From Pelomyxa schiedti (Eukaryota > Protista > Evosea), in the NCBI GenBank assembly GCA_020536535.1, contig JAHLWZ010000796.1:91120-155119 (forward strand): 64,000 nucleotides of DNA, in the 5' to 3' direction. This document shows, piece after piece, positions 48,616 through 58,431 of this stretch. A program made the translations under genes and the position numbers. The notes beneath the pieces were generated by a model. The model worked only from the letters and a program-made list of their open reading frames with translations. It had not been told where the DNA came from and ran no database searches. Within the stretch, counting starts at the first letter, position 1, and each line of letters opens with the position of its first letter.

Positions 48616-49512
48616 ATGGGCAACTACAACTCGCTCGACAGCAGCGCGTGCGGCGACTGCGTCGACGACGGCTGCACGTTCTGCCGCGGCAACTCGTTCT
48701 TCGGCAACCCCGACGTGTGCCACTGCGGCCCCTTCAACGGCTTCTACGGCTCGTGCGACGACTACTCGTTCGGCAGCAAGGCCTACGACTCCCACCTGTC
48801 GTGCTACCCGGGGCAGATCGCGGCCATCGTGCTCGCCTCGGTCCTCGTGCCCGCCGCCGCCGTCGCCGCCTTGTTCTGCTGGTACCGCCGCAAGCAGCGC
48901 CGCGCCCGCCTCGAAGCCAACGAGCGCGCCCGCCTTCTGCTAAACGGCGACCCAAACTCCGTCGCCGGGGCCGAATCTGGTATCTCTTCGGCGGATGGGG
49001 ACGGCTCAGGGTATGGTGCCGCGACGCCGTCGGGATCCCACAGGACTGAGGAATCTGCTAACAGCTCCTCGGGACTGGGATTCAGCATCAGCCTGGGACA
49101 CGGTGCCCCTGAAGATAAGCACAAACACAAGCACAAGCATAAACACAAACACAAGCACCACCACGGCCATCACAAGCACAAACACCACCACCATCGCCAC
49201 CACCGCAATCACCACAATGATGACAACGACGGCAAAATCCACTTTGGGTTCGGACTTGCCAAATCATCCTCCTCCTCATCCTCCACCACTTCTTCCTCCT
49301 CGTCCTCGGAATCCTCATCCGCTGAGGAGGAGGTAGTCCACAAGCCTGACCTTGGCGACTCAATATATGACACTAGCACAACTTTGCCTCCTCCTGTCAT
49401 GCCCCCGCCACTTGGTGGCGTGCCTGTGCCACCGCCTATGGACCCTCCCCCTTATATGTATGTACCTACTTACCCGCCAACACTTGTTGAGGTAGCTTCA
49501 ACTGACTGGTAA
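48616..49512 (+). CDS. Small intronless single-pass membrane protein: Cys-rich N-terminal module, TM, His/Lys-rich tract, Ser-rich tract, PPxY tail
   Basis: CGDCVDDGCTFC...CHC...SC...SC, TM IAAIVLASVLVPAAAVAALFCWY followed by RRKQRR, a (HK)n tract and DPPPYMY. Confidence 0.72.
   Translation: MGNYNSLDSSACGDCVDDGCTFCRGNSFFGNPDVCHCGPFNGFYGSCDDYSFGSKAYDSHLSCYPGQIAAIVLASVLVPAAAVAALFCWYRRKQRRARLEANERARLLLNGDPNSVAGAESGISSADGDGSGYGAATPSGSHRTEESANSSSGLGFSISLGHGAPEDKHKHKHKHKHKHKHHHGHHKHKHHHHRHHRNHHNDDNDGKIHFGFGLAKSSSSSSSTTSSSSSSESSSAEEEVVHKPDLGDSIYDTSTTLPPPVMPPPLGGVPVPPPMDPPPYMYVPTYPPTLVEVASTDW
49117..49216 (+). repeat. Imperfect hexamer (CACAAR)n / His-codon repeat encoding KHKHKHKHKHKHHHGHHKHKHHHHRHHRNHH
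   Basis: Direct reading of the sequence. Confidence 0.9.
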
Positions 49513-49816
49513 TAGGACCGCCACTTACCAGCCGGGTCTTCCTTCCTCTGGGGCTGGAAGTGGTTTCCTTGCACCCGCTCCTGCCCCTTATTATGGGATT
49601 TGTGGAACAGATGGCACTAACGCACCACCCCCTTACACCCCTGTTCCCTCTTATCTTCCTTCTGCTCCCGCATTCTCCTCTTTGTAATTCTATACCGGGG
49701 AAAAAAAACACTTGGCTATAGTACAAAACTGAGGTTATTATTTCGAGGGAGGAAAAAACCTTACACCAAAACTTGCTGCCAGCACACTTGAATGGCAGCA
49801 CCAAAAAAAAAGCCTC

Positions 49817-52800
49817 TCAACGGCCAGACTCAGAATCCACGTTTGGTGGTACCACTAGTGTACCAGATAAATTCTGTGGCACCTGAACCAGCCTCTTCTG
49901 TGAAGACGTCGAAGTAACAGAAAGCTGGCGACTGAGACTGAGGCTTGTGTGCAAGTGGATCTGCTGCGGAACGATGGATGACGACGACCTATTGGAGGCA
50001 GCCGAAGTGGGCCTGTTTGTTGCGGGTGTGAGAGCACCCCACCCAATTGCGTTGCTCTTAAGGGAGGTCTGAAGCTCTGTGGCGAACGAGGGCTGGAAGA
50101 GCTGCGAGAGGGCTTGGAGAAGCGGCGCAACTACGAATGATATGAAGGTACTTTGGCACTGTGTGGGAACAAGTTTTAAAAAAAAAGAGGGAGATGGGAA
50201 TATGAAAGGGGAAGAAATGGAGAGAAAAAGGAAGGGTTACCTTGGCAAGGTTGGGAATATTGCGGTCCATGAAAGGTGACTTGGGTAGGTGGAATTTCTC
50301 CTCCTGGTCTCCTTGCCGGTAGCATTCTTCCGTGATAAGTTGGGCCCATTTGTGACATACTTCCCTGGTTTACTTCTTAGATAGATTGTATTCTGTCTTT
50401 TGCTTGTGGTACCAAGGTCTTATTGGGTTGGAAATATCAGCCAGTTTGAGAAGCATTTTCATGGCAAGCAGTACATCCTCCTGTAGGAAATTACACAATA
50501 CTAACGCAGAATAAACTAGCTTTGTTGGTGTAGTCAAGCTTCGCGGTAGAAATTCGGGTTTTGAAGTGGCTTATTAGGTCCACATGCCGAGACATACTAT
50601 TTTTATTAGAAGAGAAGAAGAGGAGAGGGCCTTACTCTGTAGCCAGAATTGTCTGCGTTACCATGTGATGAAATTCCAACATTTGGTCCTTTGAAATATG
50701 AGATTTTTCGAAGAAACTAAAATGAGACTTTGGAAAAGCAAGTCAGCCAGTTGTGATCCCCATTCATTGTTGTTTTGAATGCTTCAGTGCAGTGCATATT
50801 TTCAAGGATCTGGAAACAGTAAGGAGATGCCGCCAACAAACCAGATTACCGATATTCCGTTGTATTGGATAGCCAGAGGGTCCATTATTCGATACAAAAA
50901 GTTATTATTAACTCCTAATGTGGTCAGACTACTAAGAAAGTGGCAATGAAACCTGGATGGCTGAAGTCGTGAATTATAGCTGCACAAAATAAACCCAGCA
51001 CAGCCAAAGGAGGCATGTCATTTTCCAAATTCAATACAAAGACATTAAGTGCCTGGAGAACATCGGCAGCGTGCACACTAACCATATTTTAACTTTACTC
51101 ACCCACTCGGGAATTGAAAAAACCTGTTGTGGTATGGATTATTGAGGTATCTAAGAATGAAAGGTCAGAAGTAACTACTTTCGACTATGAAATACCCTCG
51201 TGCAATGTCCTGAAGCCACAATTTGAAGACCTCTTCATTAATAGCGAATTGTGATAGTAGACCATGTCTTTGAACAATAGCAAGGGCGGAGTTAATAAGA
51301 GCTACATCTGAAGTAGAATCAATAAGCAGGGCAAAAATTGAGGTGATACCGGGGTGGCATTCAAAGATGTTGAACTCCCAGAGATCATAAATACCTGGAT
51401 CCACGACGGGAGCAGAGGCTCTGTTACAGGTTGGAAGTGTAAAATGGGAAAGGTTTTGATTACAAGAGTATTGCGTCAGTCGCATTTCCGAGTTTGCTGC
51501 CAACCAGCTGTTCTACAAGATAAGCATCAACTTCGGAATCAATTGCTGCAGAAACATCAGAAGATGAAGGTAAACGGTGCTAGAGAATACCAACAAGTCC
51601 CGATTTCTTTTGCGAGATGTAGTCAGCTCGGTGAAGCCCATCACTAGCAATGAGCTGAATTATCTTATCAAGAGCGAGCTTGTCTTCACTGTTGATCCCT
51701 GTACACCTATTAAGTGCACATGAACTAGGGAAGGGGAAGGTACTTGACTTCTTCTTCAAGGCAGCAAGTTTTTTTATGACCGCTTCAGCTGGTGTGTTCA
51801 GAAGACTGGGATTTGTCAGTGGCTGGGACAAAACAGTTGCCTTTGAATATTAGTATTCGATTGAGGTGGAGGGCTATGTACTTTTCGCCTGAAGTGTTGC
51901 ATTAAGAACATCAAAGAAACAGCCACTACTAGGAATATAAAACCAAAAGCACCAACTAGGGTGCCAACTAAGATCGTTTTGGATGTTTCAGCTTTTTCGA
52001 AGGTTAGGAATATTATGTTAAGATTCGTTACCTTCTTCTATTGAAATAGGTATATGAAAAGAAGAAGAAAAGCACAAGCTATATTCAGTCACAGTGTCGC
52101 TTACTTGAAATGCAATTGAGGATTTGAGTGGTAAAGGGCCAGAATACGAGAAGTAAAGTGTTGTATTAGTGAGTGGTGCAATGGTGAAGTTGTTCCGGCT
52201 GGTATTGCCTATTTAATATTAGAGTACTTTTTTAGGCACAAGTAACCTAGCAGCTCGATATGAGTACGGTTTTTGTTCATCTTTATGGAAAGAGGGATTC
52301 TTCCCGTATTGGAAAGGTGCAAAGAAAACACTGTCGGGGTTCCTGACACACTCAATAAAACTGATGATGGGGAGATGACAAAGTCACCAGCTGAATATTA
52401 TTATTAGATGATGATGCCTTGGGAAGGAGGAACCAGAAACTATATTTTCCACAGGTGTAGCTAATGATATAGTCCAAGACATGAGGGATACAGGGTCATG
52501 TGTAAAAACCCAGAGATTACCATTTAAGGTGATGTATGTATATCCAGATGTTGTCATTTCTGAAAGAAACTGTCTTTTATAAGAGAAAAAGATATCATGT
52601 TTTGACAGTCTACCGTTGAGAAGTTTGCAACATGGGAATTGGCTAAGCAAAGGCTTGTTCTTTGGGAGAAATTGAAATTCTCAAATAAAGTGGTATAGGC
52701 TTGACTCGAGGCACCAATTAAGCATCCTCTGTCAGATAGCAGCATGCTAAATCCTGACTTGGTTAGAAATATCCAGGTACATTTTTTTTATACCTCCAGG

Positions 52801-54004
52801 AGTCGTAACTAAATTTTCGAAGGTGGCGCAAGTACGGGACATAGCCATAGTTACAAACACACCCCCAAGGAAGATACTATTTTTGCCATAGACTGGAGTA
52901 ATGGCTTGGATCATCATTTCTGAAATAAATTTGCCAGAAGTCTTGTGATAGGAATGAAATACCCCAACCAGGAAAATAAGGGTCTGACCAATAAGTTGTC
53001 TTCAGGGGATCTGCCTCGGGGGTGATATATTGGTAAAAGGCAGGAGTAGCATTTGGAGTGCCCATATATTCCAAAATATTTGTCCCCCATGATTTCCAGG
53101 CATCCCATGGGGTTACTACCATCCTAGGGATATGAGAAAAATAGTGTAGAGAAGTGAAAACTCACCCGAAAGCATCTGGATTTACAAAGGCCCACATCTT
53201 TGTCATGCGGTTTGTGTGTGTAAAGAAGGAATTAGCCAGTGGAGCCATATGTTGCGATAAAGCCAAGATTTTTGACATCCTACAAAAATTCTCACACTCA
53301 ACCCCCATGTCAACGGCATAATGCTTCTGGTTCCACAAAAGCCAATATGGATTGCATGGACAAGGGGCTGACCAATTGACTGGCACGGGTTCGAGGGCTG
53401 AACGTCGAATATAGGTCTACATTCAGTTTATGTTAACAAGTGACTGAGGAAAAAAGGCAAAGCAGCTCACTTCACAAGTTCTATTAGAGCTGCGATCAGA
53501 AGCCGCACCAGCTGCAGTGCCACTGGTGGCCACCGTCATATGATCATACAGAAAAGATATTGTATTTTCATAGTCCATACCAGTAGTATCAATGTAAGAA
53601 AGTAATGCCGCCAAGCTTTCCACCATCTAAATTTACCACTAAGTGAACAAACACCCACAAAAAAAAAAAGGGAAAAAAAAAGTAGTAAAGGATCGGAAGT
53701 CAATAATAACAATACAAACAAACTCAACTGCTTGGATAGTACTGAATACGGGCTCAACTGAGCTCACTGTGTTTGTTGACAGTGCCAAAATTCCCTCAAG
53801 GGTGCAAACAGCCCAATTGCTTGAATTGGTGGTGGAAGTGCCAGTGGCAGTGGCAGTGGCAGTTGCAGTTGCAGTTGCAGTGGCAGCGGTGATTTGTGGC
53901 TCCCACAATTGGTTTTGTAGACGTTGCTGTTCTACAGCCGCCTCAAGACCCACCACACAAGCTAAAAAACACGTGAGGATCACAGACAAGCGCCGTGACT
54001 GCAT
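49817..54004 (-). CDS. Single-pass receptor-like class I cyclic-nucleotide phosphodiesterase
   Basis: Signal MQSRRLSVILTCFLACVVGLEA. Unrecognised ectodomain. TM TILVGTLVGAFGFIFLVVAVSLMFLM followed by QHFRRK at ~51890-51990. PDE motifs WEFNIF, YHN..HAADV, AIIHDFSHPGFNNNFL, LAIQYN, LLKLADISNP, WAQLITEECYRQGDQE and SPFMDR. Confidence 0.82.
53838..53887 (-). repeat. (ACTGCM)n hexamer repeat encoding (Thr-Ala)n after the PDE signal peptide
   Basis: Plus strand reads gtgccagtggcagtggcagtggcagttgcagttgcagttgcagtggcag. Confidence 0.9.
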
Positions 54005-54716
54005 TGTGGGTTTACCCAGTGAGTGGCTTGCGTAGTTGACGAAGAACACAGCCACGCTTAATTTGTTGCGGAAGAAAATGCGAACTGAAGAGTTGATGTT
54101 GAGGTTTTTTTCCCGTTACCCGAATTTCGCATTTGTTACATACTAAGGCACCGAAACACCTCGGTGCTAAAACATCCACCCCAGTTGGGTTCTCCCTCTG
54201 CTCCTACTAGCCCCTGAGGGAACTCGAGGCCTCGGTGCATCGCTGATTCCTTGGAAAACACTGTTGCCTCAGGAACTCCTCTCTCTGATTATATCAACTT
54301 GATCAATTTCTTGCAGACCACCGAAGAGACTCTACCAGGGAGGAGCTTGCGTGCACAAAAAATCATCTGACCGACTCCTCGTGGCGTTCGTCTGTTAACT
54401 CCCGTCTTAGCGACACCTATTACCCGATATTTCACAGACGATCCGTTGGGTATGGGTTGTGGAGGATCTGACACGTCGACTTTTACGGAAGGTGAAGGTC
54501 ACGATGTGTACGATGCCGGAGAACTGCTCATTACTGAAGGCGAAGGTGCCCATGTGGACTATGACTGGGTACTGGCCAGGGTTATCTCTGAATCCGCACA
54601 AGAAGCAGGTTACTCCCTTTTAATCTGCGTGCACCCTTGTTTTTGATTATGGGGTCATTTGTACTCAAAGCCAATCAAAGAGACAAGGAATACCTACTCT
54701 CCTCTTCTTTATTCCA

Positions 54717-55576
54717 TGTGCGAGGATGAGAGTGAAGAGAAGGGGACTGTGATGGAAAGATTCCAGAAGCAACTGCCAACTTCAGTGCCTAACAGCAGGC
54801 TGCTTAAGCTTGTCAATGACCCTGCATTTGACCCCAATGCAAAGATAGGAAAAGAGCCCGTATTTATCCGGGCACTCTCTCACCAACGCAGCACCGTTGC
54901 AGAGGCAATCGCCTCCAAGCCCAGCTTCTCGCCCATGACTAACTTTGAGGCCATGTGTGCCTATGGCCTGCTATCTAAACCCTGGGTGCATCTCATCATG
55001 AAACACGGCGGATTCCGATGCGGATTCCGAACATCGCAAGGCCAGAAACCGTTCGATCTGGTTCTACAGTTCTGCTCACGAGACCTCGCGTTTGCAATGA
55101 TTGGCAAGCCGGACTTTGACGCAAGCAGAGACGTGACTTTCGGAACGGTGTTCGCAGAAGTGGTTAACAACATCGATGGAGACCCGGAACTTTCTAGAAT
55201 TGCACTAAAGGTGGCATCTCACCCCTTGTTCAATCCTCATGACGGCGTGGATCTCAATACATCCCTCACCCTGTTTGAGTGGGCTGTATCCCATTACTGG
55301 TGGGAGGGCGCCTGTGTGATGCTGAAACACCCTCGGTTCAACATCAGGGCCAGGTCCTACTGTGGTTCTTTTGCTGGCAGAGACTTTGCGTACATTGTAG
55401 CCTACTACACAAGGACAGCCGCAGAATACATGCAATGCAGAGTAAGGGTGGCACTTACTTTACTTTGCGGTGCAACACTACCAAGATGTGGTTACGGGAG
55501 TGTGGCAAGGAACTTGTCCCAAAACAATGTCAAGTGTATTGTAAAGCTAGTTTGGCCACTTCTTCCAAAGATGTAA
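54717..55576 (+). CDS. Intronless protein with degenerate ankyrin-like repeats and a C-terminal copy of the lineage-specific PRCG motif
   Basis: Repeats LVNDPAFDPN, IASKPSFSP, MIGKPDFDAS, VASHPLFNPH and MLKHPRFNIR. Tail ALTLLCGATLPRCGYGSVARNLSQNNVKCIVKLVW. Confidence 0.68.
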
Positions 55577-55758
55577 AACTCAAAATTGCCAAACAAAAAA
55601 GAATCCCATCTTTTTTTCCCATTTCTTTTCTTTGGTTGCACTCAGTTATGGTGAACCCAAAGGTGCTGGGTACGTGTGTTTAATTGATGTGATTTGATTG
55701 TTTAGGAAAGCCTTCTTTTGGTTGAACTGTTGGAAAGTGTTAAAGAGGGAAACCTTAA

Positions 55759-57232
55759 TTACAGAAAGTACCTGCCACTATTCACTGTTGTTGGAGCTGT
55801 GAGGGAAAGGTATTTTAGTTTAAGTGCGAAACTGTGTGATGCATACTTGGACCAAAGAAAGAGGGTGCGGTTGCAGAAGGGGTTGCAGAGGGAGTCAGAA
55901 GAAATGATGGTGGTGTTGCCGGTGGTTGAAATGCTCCTGGAGTTGGTTGAACCTGAGGTGCTACAGAGTAGGTTGGTTGTGACTGGGCATATGGCTGTTG
56001 TGGTTGGGAGACAACTCGTTGTTGCAGTGGTTGTTGTGTGTCTGTGGGGTATTAAGAAGGCCAAAAAAAGAAGGAAATCGGAACTGTGCACAGAATTGAA
56101 TGGATCTGCAAGCGTTGGAGAAGTTTTTCTGTAATACTCCAGGAATGCGGCACGCAGTCTCTCTACCTATGAGAAATCATAAAGTAAACGGAAACTTGTA
56201 AAAAAAAATTACTTCTTCGTGGGTAGAAGCCACTTGTTTTCCAATGGCTAGAAGTAATTTATAGTTGTCACTGAGGAGGGTATGCAGGTTTGAAGCTGTA
56301 TTTGCCAAATGATTAGTAACATTCGATACAAAATTAGGTGGGTACCTGTTCCAGTAGCAGCAGCTGAAGCTTTGAAGATGTCGTCAATCTCTTTTAATTG
56401 CAGTTCACACTGGCAGATTCTGGTCTCAAGTTCATTGGCGAGCTGCAGGAAAAATCTTATCAAATGAGGATTATTAACAAGGAGGAATAACATGAGAGCC
56501 TACTTACGGGTCAGGTCGGAGTTCATCAGAATGAAAGGAAGAGGATTGCATTGAATGAATGGTTATGCGAGCTTGGTCAAGAAGTCTTCTTTTCTGGGTT
56601 TCATTATCATAAATGACTAAGGTAGGAGGAACTAACCTCAAGAATTTGATTGCTCAAGTTCGTTACCCTCAGTCTATCTGAATCAATGGCCTCTTTGAGA
56701 GGTTTCGTTCTCTGAAAAAATGGTGGAGAGGAAAAGTTAGGGAAAAGGGAGGAAAACAAAGTGACACACCTCCATTACTGCACGATTTTCTGCTGAAACT
56801 TTATCTAAAGCATTTACAGTGCGCGTATCCCACGTATGAGCTCTGGAAGCAAAAATCTGGTCCCTAAAAACCCAGTCAGCAGGGGAAGGGAACAATAACA
56901 ATAACAAAAAAAAAAAAAAAAAAAAAAAGCATGTCTGATGAGATAGGCCATAACTGTATTTTGACCAGCACATCTGCATATTGAGGGGGAAGGTCGCTGA
57001 ACTTCATGCCCCACGCCAGCCTCGTGGCCGTTGCAGTAGCCGCGGAACCTCCCATAATCGGCGGTGGCTGGTTCTGAACAGCGGGTGTGGTTGAAAACAA
57101 CGCCGAGGACACAGCCGGCGTCGAGGGCGTCGCCGACCACGCCGGTGTAGCAGCCGACGGCGTCGCTGGGGGCCACAACGGTGCAGGAGTCGACGGCGTA
57201 CCAAACCCCGGGAAGCCTCCGAACGTCGCCAT
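55759..57232 (-). CDS. Nup58/Nup49-like FG nucleoporin
   Basis: N-terminal FGGFPGFGTP and LF-S/T/P-rich region, then KFSDLPP. Coiled-coil exons include FFLQLANELETRICQCELQLKEID. S/T-rich tail. Confidence 0.6.
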
Positions 57233-57381
57233 CACCAATTAAGTTGTTGTTCAGATTCGAGATCCCAAGTTAAAGGAAACCCCTTGGGGAGCTCCCCAAC
57301 CCGCTCGGTGTTTCTTCTTTTTTTGTTGTGTCGACAGCTTGCATGTGACCTGGGGGGTTCGCAGCGGAAGGGAAAGAAAAA

Positions 57382-58177
57382 ATGAAAAAGGGAAACAAGA
57401 AGGAGGTTGACAAGGTTTATGGCGAGGCTGATAGGCACATCAAGGACGCGAACAAGACAACAGATAAAATGATTGCCCAGATGAATGATTGTTCCAGGGT
57501 GTCAACATCGACTTCACGCCAGTTGCACCAACAAGGAGGTAGAAAAAAGAAAACCCTCACCGCACAATTGGTGCTAACTAACTATTAATGCTAAAAAGAA
57601 CAACTGGATAGAATAAGCAGTACAGTGTACTCTGTGGAGGACGAATTAAGTGTGGCAGACAGGTTACCAACACCTCTTTATAGCCACAAGTTAACAGTTC
57701 AAACAAAGAACAGCCCGACAAATGATGATCCTTCCACAAATCTCACTGACGCCAGGACAGCACCAGCCCGTTCCCCCAACCACCAAAACTGCCACATCAT
57801 CCGCCAAACCGCGGTCCCGGTCACCATCCCCTATCACTAAACACAACATTCCACTCACGCCCTCCTCTGCCTCCTCAGTGGCCTCATCCACAACAGCGCA
57901 AACAGGGAGTGGCAAAACAGCACCTCCATCACAGCTTCCTGCAACAACTGGAGCTAGGCACCAACGGCAGCTTGAAAATCTGCAGAGGGCAGATGCAGAG
58001 CTGGACGACAAATTGAGTTTGTTGCATAACCTTGTAAGAGACATGCACCAGGTGTCTGAGGACCAGCACAGGGAACTTGTATCTCAGCATAACAAAATAT
58101 CTACAATTGAAAAGCAAGTGGATCACGCCAATGCCCACATCAAGAAAACAACAGACACCACCACGAAACTGCTCTAG
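57382..58177 (+). CDS. Qbc-SNARE (SNAP-25/29-like) with two SNARE motifs
   Basis: Motif 1: STSRQLHQQGEQLDRISSTVYSVEDELSVADR. S/T/P linker. Motif 2: LDDKLSLLHNLVRDMHQVSEDQHRELVSQHNKISTIEKQVDHAN. No TM helix. Confidence 0.82.
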
Positions 58178-58431
58178 AATTATTCTGAATTGCCGGCAGT
58201 TCTAACTTTCAACCCAAACCACCAGAATCAACACGAGTACTTACAATCACACTTCTCTCGCCACGAGGGAACATTCTTGGGAAAAAGGCACTCCTTTTCC
58301 CCACCGCAGGCACTTGTAACTTTTTCCTCCACTTTTTCTCTAGAACCTTTACCGCTAAAAGAGAAAAATGTGCAGCTCTTTTGCCAAAAGGGAAGAAACA
58401 AAAAAACAACAAGATCTGCGCGGCCACGGCA

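Noticed and set aside
54147-54168. GGCACCGA...TCGGTGC hairpin resembling the tracrRNA/sgRNA 3' stem
   Set aside because: Only a 7-bp stem in a eukaryotic context, with no CRISPR repeats or cas genes; likely coincidence.
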